DNA from: Basidiobolus meristosporus CBS 931.73
Taxonomy: Eukaryota > Fungi > Basidiobolomycota
Reading direction: 5' to 3'
Assembly (NCBI GenBank): GCA_002104905.1
Contig: MCFE01000503.1
Location: 1,543-65,542 of the forward strand
DNA length: 64,000 bases
Shown: piece by piece, positions 26,280 to 37,695 of the stretch
Numbering within the stretch: the first letter of the stretch is position 1
How the letters are laid out: every line of letters starts with the position of its first letter
Notes under the pieces: model-generated
What the model was told of the DNA's origin: nothing
The model's input: the letters and a program-made list of their open reading frames with translations, nothing else
Databases searched by the model: none
Program-made: the position numbers and the translations under genes

Positions 26280-27017
26280 GATGCTCCACCACAGGCTATG
26301 TATTTCTTTATGCTGGTGCAGCTATTACTTGAAATTGCAAGAAACAACTAACTGTGGCCCTATCTAAAACTGAAGCAGAATATATGGCTGCATGTCAAGC
26401 AACCAAGGAGGTTGTATGGCTACTAAAGTTATTCAAAGACTTAGGTTTTAATTCAGAAGAAGCAACATATATTTACAAGGATAATCAAAGCTGTATTTCA
26501 TTAGCTAGAAATCCAACTAATCATGCCAGAACTAATCACATTGATATACAGCATCACTTTGTGAGGGAAGCTGTAGTAAATAACTTAGTAGTGTTAGTGT
26601 ACTGCCTAACTAACAAAATGGTGGCAGATATATTGAGAAATCCTCTAGCTAGGCCACAATATGAGAATCTCAGGTAGGAATTAGGATTAAGAAATTATTT
26701 AGTTGAGGGGGAGTGTTCAAGTATTGGACTATTTGGTATCATTCTGCAGCTAAAAACTTACTTGGCAATTCTGGACTATTCTTGGTCACTATGGGACTAG
26801 TTTACAGCTCTAACTTTGCCACTTTCTTCAGATCTATGATCATATGATTATTCCCCTATAGTCAGGATCAAGTTAGCACTAATACTAACTATTATGTACT
26901 AACCCAGAAACGGTTACAGAATGCTCCTGAATATTGAGAAACCCTCCTTACTTAGTGTTACATCTGTATTACTTCTACAAAAGTATAAATACTGAGCTTC
27001 TTTATTAGTAAACAACA
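26280..27017 (+). mobile_element. 3' end of a second copia family: RNase H, PPT GAGGGGGAG (26705-26713) and LTR ~26714-27017
   Basis: ORF 26354-26677 ALSKTEAEYMAA..DNQSCISLARNP..HIDIQHHFVRE..VADI; LTR begins TGTTCAAG and probably ends ..AACAACA. Confidence 0.8.
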
Positions 27018-27059
27018 GTTCAACTATTATCACTATTTCTTGATAAGTCCCTTATATGC

Positions 27060-28200
27060 AAATCACTTCTTAAATTGCAACAAATACCTGGGACACATAG
27101 TTACTAGCACAGGAGTGACCTTAAACCCCCAGAAGGCTGAAGTCCCCAGAACCTGGATCATTCCTTGGAATGGTTTCCTGTTATTGGATATTTGTCAAGT
27201 CCTTTGCAAGTGTTGCAGCCCCTTTAACTGATCTTCCCAAGAAAGCCAATACCCACAAGTGAAACATACCTTGTGGGACTGCCTTTCAGAATGCTCAAGA
27301 ATGAACTTGCAAAGCTGCCAAGCTTAAGAATCCCAGGCTTCAGAAAAGAGTTTACTCTGTGCACAGATGCTTTGGATATCCCAATTAGTGGAGTATTGAT
27401 CCAAGAACATGAGGTTAAGGACTGCCCATTTGCTTTTGAGTTAGAGAAACTGAACTCAGCAGAACAGAGCTATCTAGTGCATTAAAAGAAGATGCTTGTC
27501 ATTATACACTGCTCAAAGACATGGAGATGCTACATTCAAGGAGTCAAGTGCACTGTGATGACTGATCATGCCTCACTCAAGTATATATTTACTCAGAAGG
27601 TACTATCCTGAAGAATGACAAGATGGGGTGAATACATTCAGCAATTTCACTAGCAGAATGTCTACTGCCCTGAGAAATACAACAGAGTTGCTGATGCCTT
27701 ATCAAGATTAGAACAAGATGCACATCTCAACTTGGTACATGATCAGATTGGCCTAGCCTATTACTAAAGTGCTTGGAGGACCAAGCCATTCTTAATGAGG
27801 TGGATGAAGAGATCAAGAATATAATCTGGGATGAAGCCAGCATATTTGTAGTACAGGATGAAACACTCTATCAAATTATTGATGGAAGCCCTAGTACCTA
27901 TTGCCCTTATATCACTTGCCTGGATTCAATACATAATCTACACAATAGATATAGACATCTTGGAATTGAAGGAACCTTTAGCCTTGTGAAAGCCAGAGCA
28001 TGGTAGCCCCAAATGAAACAAGCCATCAAGAAGCTATTGAAAACATGCCTAAATTGCCAAATCAACCATGGCCAACCACAGAGAATTGCTGAACTATTTC
28101 CCTCAAAGCCTGTAAGACCATTGGAAATATGGGTAATTGAGTCTATTGAAAGACTGGTAAATACCAGGAAATGCAACCATTGGTTCCTAATAGCTTAGGT
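27060..28200 (+). mobile_element. Ty3/gypsy pol remnant (RT C-terminus, RNase H, integrase zinc finger)
   Basis: YLGHIVT, FTLCTDALD..ISGVLIQ, TDHASLKY, HNRYRHLGIEGT..CLNCQIN. Confidence 0.85.
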
Positions 28201-28779
28201 TTGATATAACTTTGCTATAATTTCTGGTGGTCTAAATATGGAAGTAGGTCAGTCCATAGGAGTGAAAGTATTGTATATACATGTATGTGTGGTGCCACAA
28301 CCTTATTTGTAGTGCTTAATAAAGTGGGTATCATTAAGTGTTACCTTCATGTAAGTGCAAGATCTCAAATGCAAACTGTCTTAAATTTAGTTGACTATTG
28401 ATAAAAAGTGATATGATAGTGGTACCTAGTTGAGTGTTGAGCTGTTTGTCCCATGGTCAAGACTACTCTGCTACAGCACTATAATAGAAGAGAAAATACG
28501 CTGTGACTATTGCAACAAACTTATCAGGCATGAAGTATACTGACAGCAAAGGAGGTATCACAAGGATTGCAGCCAGTGATTTGCAGTATAATGATTATTT
28601 GAGTATTCATCAGGCCCTACTGAGCCAATAACATCTTACTTGAACCACAGCTGTATTATCACCAAGCCCATGCTGACAGTGCTTGCAGTTATCTTGACCT
28701 TGAAAGCTTCTGTAAATTGTCATCTGAAAGGGTGCTGATCCCAGTATATACTCTTGTTGAGATGCTAACTAAGATAGGG

Positions 28780-28965
28780 ATTGTAGCTTTGTACTTTTCC
28801 CTTTACTAGCTTGGGGTGTATTCCACTTCACATTAGAGTAAAGACAAAACCCAGGTATTCCTAGCAAGCTTTTGCCAGAGGCTGCTGTACCCAGTGAGCA
28901 CCTCACACACAAGCACTTGAGAGGTGTCAGATGTATCTTTCTCTTGGACTTATACACCTCCAAAA
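28780..28965. repeat. Terminal fragment of a family-B LTR
   Basis: Aligns to ~31835-32021. Confidence 0.7.
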
Positions 28966-28989
28966 CAGCATTAGTTGGTGCAAATTGCA

Positions 28990-29528
28990 GCTGCTTTCTC
29001 ACACTTCTGTATTTTAGGCTTGGGTAGACTTTTTTCCCTGCACCTGTACATTTTCACTGCCAGGTCTTTCACTGCTACTTCTACAAATTGCTTCTTGCAT
29101 TATACTACATCTTCTGCTCAACTAATGCTGCATTAGTGCTCCACTTTCTGCCTACTAGTCAGCATTCCACTGGCTGTTTGATGTTTCTTGGCTGCTTGTT
29201 AAGGCTTTTGGCTTCATTTTGAATATACTCTTGAAAAGATACTGATTTGCAGCCATGGCAGCCTTGTACTTTGCCTTTGATAGTGACTAATACTCTCTAT
29301 ATACTTTCTTAGCACACCAATGTAGGCTGAAGAGCTATTAGCTTGTTTGAGCCCAAGATAATGCTCCTAAAATAGATCAACGCATTCTGCTTGGCCTTCA
29401 AATCCTGCTGGGCTCATTGTCTGCTGGCCTTTAGGTAGTGGCAGGCCAGACTTGGTATAGCCTTCTGAACATTAGCCCTGTCTTCATTGACCAGCTCAGT
29501 GGCTGCACAGACATTGAATGTCTTTTTT
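28990..29528 (-). mobile_element. Fragment of the CMC second ORF
   Basis: NEDRANVQKAIPSLACHYLKA..QDLKAKQNAL aligns with NEEWANI*MAIRNLAHHHLKA..QELKVKQNVL at ~9320-9430. Confidence 0.65.
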
Positions 29529-30457
29529 GGAATAAAGCCACAAGCTTGGCAAGGGAAAACTATTGAGCTACAATCCCCAACTCAGTTGGTGTCTTAACAA
29601 AAGTATGTGCTGGGTTCAGCATCCTTTGAGATAACATTGTACTAAAGCATCCAAAGTCACAACAACTGTAAACTCCACCAACAGGGACTTGATAAGAATG
29701 CAGCTGTGGTCAATAGTTACAAAGACAGAAAAGTATCTTTGCCTGTACAAGAACAAACTTGGGAAAGAATCAAATATAATAAAATATACCTACTCTGAGT
29801 ATTCCTCACAAGTAGTGCTTCCAAGGTCAGTTGGCTATCAGCATGGTATCCTGGGAGTTTCCTGTGGTCTGGGGTTGGAAGTTCTGGTAGCAGCAGGTAG
29901 CAGTGATCACACTAATCAACAAGTTGGTATATTGATAAAAGGGATGATGATTTATTGTTGAATAATAGCCTCCCTGATATACTTTTCTCACTGGCTAAGT
30001 GATTACTAAGCATGGTATTCCAGAAGGTTCCAGAAATCAATAGAAATCTTAATGATATCAGAACAGCCTAAGAATGTTCTACATAGGTGCAGGAAGGTTT
30101 TAAGAGGCACAGCACATCCAACCAATCAGGAATCAGTATTCTGAAACCTGTGTAACATAGGGATACCATATAAGGTATGGAAGTGGTAGGGATGGTGACA
30201 CGGATTGCTCATGTGTCACTGGTACTGGCACAGGTACTTGCCTAATATAGAAGCACATATTGCTAGTAATCTTTCATAAAGTGAGGGGTAACTTATACAA
30301 TAAGGTAAGCAGGTATGATACTCAACTGGCTTATGGGATAGTACTAAATGGGCAAGACAAATGGGATAAAACTAAATAAGTGTAGTAGAGGTGTAGTGAA
30401 GTAGAAGATACGGGAATGAGCACACCTGTCAGTGGGTGTTACAGTCACCCCACTACA
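29529..30457. repeat. Family-B LTR truncated at one end
   Basis: High identity to 22110-23039; ends ..CCCCACTACA. Confidence 0.88.
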
Positions 30458-30949
30458 GCAGTAATAATGTAATGATGGTCATTTGCTGGTCTTCCACCAC
30501 TGCTACTGTATATTGTGCATCAACATTGAAAACCTAGCCTATTTTACTCCGTTAGAAAATAGACTTGTTTTGTTGGATAGTGCCACATTGAGCATGAGTG
30601 CTAAAAGATGCCGTGGTGTGCCAGGGAGGCCAAGTGCAACTATACTTGGTCACAGAGTGTGAAACCTAGCTCTGCATCTTCATGCAAAGCAACCCTTGTG
30701 TTTCACCCATTGTACAGGAGAAAATCCATTTATGACCCTATTTTTTGGATCAATGTTGTTCATGATAGACTTGTTCCATGCTATTGTGCCAGGGCATGCG
30801 GTGCAATCCATGGTCTCTAAGAACAATTGGGTGCAATATTGTAGCTACCAATAGTCAGGATTGCTCTTGGACAATTTTGCACCATGTGGGACAATCTTGC
30901 ACACTATGGCACAATCTGACACAACAAGGTTGGCACAAATGAACAGCAC

Positions 30950-32021
30950 CGTAGTGGGGTCACAGAGACACCCACTGACAGATGTGTTCATTCCTATATT
31001 TTTTACTTCACTATTTCTCTACTACATTTATTTTAGTTTTATCCCATTTATCTTACTTGATCAGTACTATTCAATAAGCTGGCTGACTATCACAGCTGCT
31101 TACCTTATTGCATGAGTTATCCCTCACTTGATGTAAGATTACTAGCTGTAAGTGCTTCTATATTAGGCAAATACCTACACCAGTACCCATGACACATGAC
31201 CATTCTATGTTGCCACCTCTGCCATTTTTCATACCATATATGGTATCCCTATGTTGCACAGGTTTCATAATACTGACTCCTGATTGGTTGGATGTGCTGT
31301 GCCTCTAGGAACCTTCTGACACATACTTGGAACATTCTTAGGTCATTCTAATGTCATTACAATTTCTATTGATATCCAGAACCTTCTGGAACACCATGAT
31401 TAGTAATCACTTAGCCAGTGAGAAAAGTATATCAGGGAGGCTATTCTTCAACAATAAATCATCATCCCTTTTGTCAATATACCAACTTGTTGATTAGTGT
31501 GATTACTGCTACCTGCTGCAACCTGAACTTCCAACCCCAGACCACAGGACACTCCCAGGAAACCGCACTGACAGCCAACTGACCTTGGAGGCACTACTTG
31601 TGAGGAATACTCAGAGTAGGTATCTTTTATTATATTTGATTCTTTCCCAAGTTTGTTCTTGTACAGGCAAAGATACTTTTCTGTCTTTGTAACTATTGAC
31701 CGCAGCTGCATTCTCATCAAGTCCCTGTTGGTGGAGTTTACAGTAGTTGTGACTTTGAAAGCTTTAGTACATTGCTATCTCAAAGGGTGCTGAACCCAGC
31801 ACATACTTTTGTTAGGATGCCAACTAAGTTGGGCATTGTAGCTCAATAGTTTTCCCTTGACAAGCTTGTGGCTTTATTCCCCATCACATTAGATTAGAGA
31901 CAAAACCTAAGTATTCCTAGCAAGCTTTTGCCAGAGGTTTTTGCACCCAGTGAACACCCCACACACAAAACACTTGAGAAGTGTTGGACATTTCTCTCCT
32001 TTGGACCTATACACCACCACA
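30950..32021. repeat. Solo LTR family B (copy B2, 1072 bp), opposite orientation to B1
   Basis: (C)GTAGTGG..CCACCACA ends; 4-bp TSD GCAC (30946-30949, 32022-32025). Confidence 0.9.
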
Positions 32022-32099
32022 GCACCAACTTGTAATGTTTGCATCATATGCACAATTGGATAGTGTTATTATGGTAGGTAAAATCTGGTATTTGGATTT

Positions 32100-32650
32100 G
32101 TGTCTTTAATGTAAATGGAAATCAATGTTTATCACGCTATAAACTACACTCACACTAGCCATTTTGGTTACCATCACTCCATTGAATGGTATCTCAATGG
32201 TTAATTGGTCCAAAAGTATACCAAAGCTGTCAGCCCCTAATTGGCTTTTTGACCAATACACAAGCTACCTGATTTGCCATCAAGTATCCCATTTGCCCAT
32301 TAGCAAGTAAATCTCTGATCCTGGTGATTGGACAAGTTGTCATAGCTAGCATGCAACCAATTGTATTGGTGCAAATCAGATCAAATGGCTGCACTGGTGC
32401 CACAGATGATGTATACAAATGCAGGGTGTTTACTTATAGGGGTCCTGTCTAAAGTGTGAGACAACCTTGATATTACTTACATCAAAAATTGATTGATCAC
32501 TGATTTGCAATGGCTCAATGCAGATTGCAAAAAAAATGTGTTATTGGAATCATGACAAATAATATCAATTCAATGCAATTGCATCAACTTCTCCTAGGCT
32601 TTTTTCTCACAGTGATTCACTTTGCACACCTAAACTACTTTGTTGTTGAC
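32100..32650 (-). mobile_element. Highly decayed gypsy-like integrase remnant
   Basis: QGCLTL.. followed by VAPVQPFDLICTNTIG and ANQVA resemble the HHCC and core-start motifs. Confidence 0.4.
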
Positions 32651-32861
32651 TATCCTCTTAGCTACTTGTCTATTTGTAGTCAGTATTTTGCCTCCTAGTT
32701 GATGAGTGCAATGCTGCTGCTTACCCACACTTAACTGCTCTGGATGATGCTACTGAGCCAGCCTGCAGTGCTATGTGCTGATGCATTCTTTTAATTGCCT
32801 ATGGCTCTGGTGGTGGAGGCACTTCATGTGGGTCATCATCAGTCAGTTCACCAGAAGAAAC

Positions 32862-33428
32862 TTACTGATGGTAAGGTATAATGGCACACACAGATGCAAC
32901 TTGATGTGCTGGCATGGCCATTGGCTGAGTTTGATGTAATGCCACTTGTTGACACAACTTAGCCTGCTCCAATGGACTTGTGTCTTTGTGAGCAGTTTGG
33001 CAAGTTCTGGTTGTTTTGCTCTGAAGCGCATGTGTTGACCTGACATGCATTGACTTGATGCAGGGCACTCTTGTGAAGGGTGTTGGCGTAGTTTGGACTG
33101 ATGTACGCCGGTGCGCTGAAGTTGCAAGGGATGGTAAGGTATCTGGCAAGGCATGCTGGCGCAATCTAGATGCTGTTGCTTGTGGTCTGTATTCTTCCTC
33201 TTGAAGCTCACCTTCTGATCTCTCAAGGTATTCACTTACCTTCTGTCTGATACTTTGGAACTGTTGCCTGAATGGGTCCTGTGTATGCTGCCCTTGGAAG
33301 CCACTTAGCTCTGCTAATATAGCATGTAATACATTGGTCATTTGAGGTAAAAACTCATTCAAAATCTCTTTGGTTTGCAAAGTTGAGGCACAATCCAACA
33401 TGTCTGGCCTGTACTGAGTAAGCTGCAT
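32862..33428 (-). CDS. 188-aa ORF of unknown function (possible gag N-terminus or captured gene fragment)
   Basis: Open frame with a helical, charged N-half; local CpG retention; no motif recognised. Confidence 0.3.
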   Translation of the reverse strand: MQLTQYRPDMLDCASTLQTKEILNEFLPQMTNVLHAILAELSGFQGQHTQDPFRQQFQSIRQKVSEYLERSEGELQEEEYRPQATASRLRQHALPDTLPSLATSAHRRTSVQTTPTPFTRVPCIKSMHVRSTHALQSKTTRTCQTAHKDTSPLEQAKLCQQVALHQTQPMAMPAHQVASVCAIIPYHQ

Positions 33429-33479
33429 GCAAAATTATTACCACATGGTTTCCTCATCAAATCCCCTCACTCTCAGCTC

Positions 33480-35760
33480 ATTCTTGATTTCAGCACTTGT
33501 CTTGTTATATATCTTCCTACAACATCTGCTGGCATCTTGATGTAGAACTCATGCCACAGCTTTCTACCCAGGTTCTTCCATCTCTGCTGACAGGTCCTAT
33601 GGTGCAGATGTGTAGGGAGATAGAAAGACAAGTCAAGTTACAGGTATTACTATATCCCAGTCTCATCTATAATATAACCTTCAAGTCTGTCATGAATTTA
33701 ATAAGTTGGCACATGGTGGACAGCCAGAAAGAGTTGGAAAATACTGAGGACAAATGTGCACTAGTAAACACTTATGCCTTTAGCATTCAGAAGCTAAGCT
33801 GCCCCAATGAGAGGGTAATCAGTTAGGAAGTGAATGGTTGGGTTGGACACAACAAGTAACTAAGCTTTATTAAGACAACTTTACCATAGTATGCCAGGCT
33901 TCTCCTGATTACAAGCCAATTTCTGCACCTGTCAATATGGAATTCATACAAACAAGTGCCAGAGTGCATCTATATGGAGGACTAGAATTCAGTAAGAAGA
34001 AAAAATATATTGGCCAAGTACCAAAATGTTTGTAGCAGATATTTAAGATCTAGTCATGGCAGAAGAGGTGGCAACCAAGCATTTGTTCATAGGAAGTATA
34101 TGTTACCAACTATGCAAGGTACAAGACACTTTTGCAAGTATCACACTGAAAGGCTGAAAAGTTGAGGTGATAGAAGTGTGTCAATTGCAGCAAAGGTGCA
34201 TATATGTAGAGCTTAGTCAGCATGAGGCCATATTTCTTTGCTTCAAGCTATATGTGGGATAGCTATTACAGTTGGGCAATGCAAATATCAAAGGGTGATT
34301 TTACAGTGGAATACATGAATGGTGCAAGGGGAGGTAGAAGAAGAAACACCATTTGGAACATTGCTATAGTAGCATTACACAGGACTAGTTATAGGCTATT
34401 GTACTGTCTGATAATGCTAACAGAGGGCTACAACTAGGCCATCAAAACTCTGTCAAGTTTCTTGCTCTGTATAGCAATTGCTTGGACTGGCTTTAAGTGC
34501 CATCAAAAGCTGATTCAAACTCAGTGGTGGTGTATAGGTCCAAGGGAGAGATACGTTCAACACTTCTCAAGTGTTTTGTGTGTGAGCTGTTCACTGGGTG
34601 CAATAACCTCTGGCAAAAGCTTGCAAGGAATACTTAGGTTCTGTCTCTAATCTAGTGTGATGGGGAATAAAGCCACAAGCTTGTCAAGCAAAAACTATTG
34701 AGCTACAATCCCCAACTTAGTTGGCGTCTTAACAAAAGTATGTGCTGGGTTCAGCGTCCTTTGAGATGACAATGAACTAAAGCTTCCAAAGTCAAAACAA
34801 CTGTAAGCTCCACCAGCAGGAACTTGATAAGAATGCAGCTGTGGTCACTAGTTACAAAGACAGAAAAGTATCTTTGCCTGTACAAGAACAAACTTGGGAA
34901 AGAATCAAATATAACAAAAGATACCTACTCTGAGTATTCCTCACAAGTAGTGCCTCCAAGGTCAGTTGGCTGTTAGCACGGTTCCTGGGAGTGTCCTGTG
35001 GTCTAGGATTGGAAGTTCAGGTAGCAGCAGGTAGCAGTGATCACACTAATCAACAAGTTGGTATATTGATAAAAGGGATGATGATTTATTGTTGAGGGAT
35101 AGCTTCCCTTATATACTTTCTTACTGGCTAAGTGATTACTAATCACGGTGTTCCAGAAGGTTTTGGATATCAATAGAAATCTTAATGACCACAGAATGAC
35201 CTAAGAATGTTCTAAGTAGGTGCCAGAAGGTTCTAAGAGGCACAGCACATCCAACCAATCAGGAATCAGTATTCTGAAACCTGTGCAATATAGGAATACC
35301 ATATAAGGTATGGAAATGGTAGGGATGGTGACACGGGTTGATCATGTGTCACGGGTACTGGCATGGGTACTTGCCTAATATTGAAGCACTTATAGCTAGT
35401 AATCTTACATAAAGTGAGGGGTAACTTATACAATAAGGTAAGCAGGTATGATAGCCAACTGGCTTATGGGATAGTACTGAATGGGCAAGACAAATGGGAT
35501 AAAACTAAAATAAGTGTAGTAAAGATATAGTGAAGTAGTAAATAAGGGAATGAGCACATTTGTCAGTGGGTGTCACTGTCACCCCACTACAATGCCATCA
35601 AATTTTTACCTTATTTTGCAGGAAAACCAGAAAACACGTCACAGTCCTGTCATATTATTATGGAGAGGGTCAGTAATTCTAAGATGTCAGCATTGTAGCA
35701 TCCTCATCTGGCAATCCTGATAGCTGACCTGGATGGAATCCACTCATGAATTCACATTAC
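33480..35760 (+). mobile_element. CMC/EnSpm 3' portion interrupted by LTR-B3
   Basis: Reverse-complement homolog of ~5250-6420 (ORF 33497-33826 matches 6158-6346). Confidence 0.78.
34523..35591. repeat. Solo LTR family B (copy B3)
   Basis: End-to-end homology with B1; TSD not preserved (ACTC vs ATGC). Confidence 0.88.
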
Positions 35761-35764
35761 TTCT

Positions 35765-37600
35765 CATAAAAGTAGGAGAATTTTGGTCAAGGATCATAGA
35801 TCTTGCCATATCAATTATTAATCTGTTTACACTCCGACACTCCATTTTGCTTTGGTGAGTATGGTACAGTAGTCTCTAGCTTTATCCAAAGAATATTGCA
35901 AATGTAGATTAGTAGTATTAATGTATACTCTCCACCATTATTAGCACACATTTCTTGATTGATTCACCAGTTTTGCTCTCTACCAGAGCTTTGAGCTTAC
36001 TGAACTCAGACAGTACTTGTTCTTTACTTTCCATGTAGATTCACATGTTTCTTATATAATTAATAATGCATGTGATTGTTATTTGGTTGATGAGATGGAA
36101 TCTGAGGACATATCAACCACTAATGAAGATGTGGTAGTTAACCTCCCAAATAGCATGACAGGCAAGTTTCTGGGCCTTGTATTAGACCTAAAGCTCAGAA
36201 CCAAAGATTTGATCATAAATTATTTATTTGGAATGCTCCAGGATGAAGAGTCAAGAAAGTCAAGTGCTATCAAGAAGGAAAAAGAGAATACCCTCACAAG
36301 CAGGTGTAATCAACAAAGAAGGTACACAAGTCTCTTTGACAGCAGCAGCAGCTTTTTTTGCAACTACTATAAAAAGGATGGACTCACATCAGACCTTTGC
36401 TTCAAAAGGAGAGAATGTGAGCAGAAAACCTTGAATATGGAAATGCTGTACCAGCCAAAGTTAGATTATATTTGCACTAAATGTGACCACAAGTAAGGAA
36501 TTTTAGACATGGTGTAGTGACTTTTGAGCATCTCAATACCCTATGCATCACAAAGAACTTTTCAGCCAGTTTCACAAAATTCTAATGAAGATTTTTGTGG
36601 GTGACAATAAAACACTTGATGCAGTTAGAAAAGAATTAATCCAGGTAAGCACCAGGAGTAGCAAAGGAAGCTATACACCTACCTACAAAGTAGTGCCCTC
36701 AGTAACCTAAATTGACAAGAACCTAGTGTAGGTATGCAAGGCTACAGGAGAAGAACTCAGCTTTAGTTTTGACAATTCTGGATGCAGGATCATAGATCAA
36801 AATGGCACCTGTATTGCTTTGAGTATCAGAGCTCAGTGCTTATATAAGTTGACTTATAATCCCACATATCTGGAAGATATTATAAGTAACTTAAAGTAGA
36901 AATACATATGCATTGGCACAAGAGATTTGGCAACTTCCACTTTGATTATTTGTGCAAAATTATCAAAGATTAGCAAACTCCTGGCGTAAAACTGATCCCA
37001 CAGCAAATTTGCTGCCCTATGAAGCTTGCAATGGGTCAATCACAACCATGAAGAATTAGATCCAATTCACTTACATATGTGTGGACCAATGCAAAATTTT
37101 TCCTTAGGTCAGAAATATAATTTGATCCCTTTGATTAATGTTAATACAAGTTGCAGCTGGGTTTACTTCATGCAGAGAAGATAAGAAGCTCTATCTAATC
37201 ACAGGCAGTTTATAGCAATAGTGGAGAGAGAAGCTGGTCAATAAATTAAGAAAATATGCTCAGACAGTGGTGGAGAATATACCTCAAATCTCTTCATCCA
37301 CTTTTGCAAAATTCTTTAAATAAAGCAAGAGACTACTGTCCACACTTCCTACAGCAAATGGTACACCACAATGTGCAAACAGTGCAAAAAACATATGGCT
37401 AAATCCATGGTCAAAGATTATCCTGATTGTTGAGTAGAACCAGATGCTATAGCTATGCATTTCTTAAATTGAATTATAGCAGAAGACATTGTGATTCTAC
37501 TCCACTGAGGTGTAGAACAGATACAGACTAAGTACAGATTATTTAAGAATATCTGGGTGCACCATTGTGCATCAACATTTAAAACTTGGCCAATTATACT
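35765..37600. mobile_element. Old rearranged copia-A remnants: minus-strand integrase piece (~35765-36065) fused to plus-strand gag-PR-IN (~36075-37600)
   Basis: VDEMESEDISTTNEDVVV..FCNYYKKDGLTSDLC in ORF 36017-36496; SDSGGEYTS near 37260. Confidence 0.75.
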
Positions 37601-37695
37601 TGGTAAGAAAGTCCTGTACCCTACCAGATTTTCCTGACCCAAACATAACTAATCCCACTTATGGTTTATTTTATCTCTTCTCAGAATCTATTATT

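Noticed and set aside
28200-28780. Unassigned AT-rich stretch
   Set aside because: CpG-depleted like the surrounding TEs, with no recognisable domain or ends; probably a decayed TE
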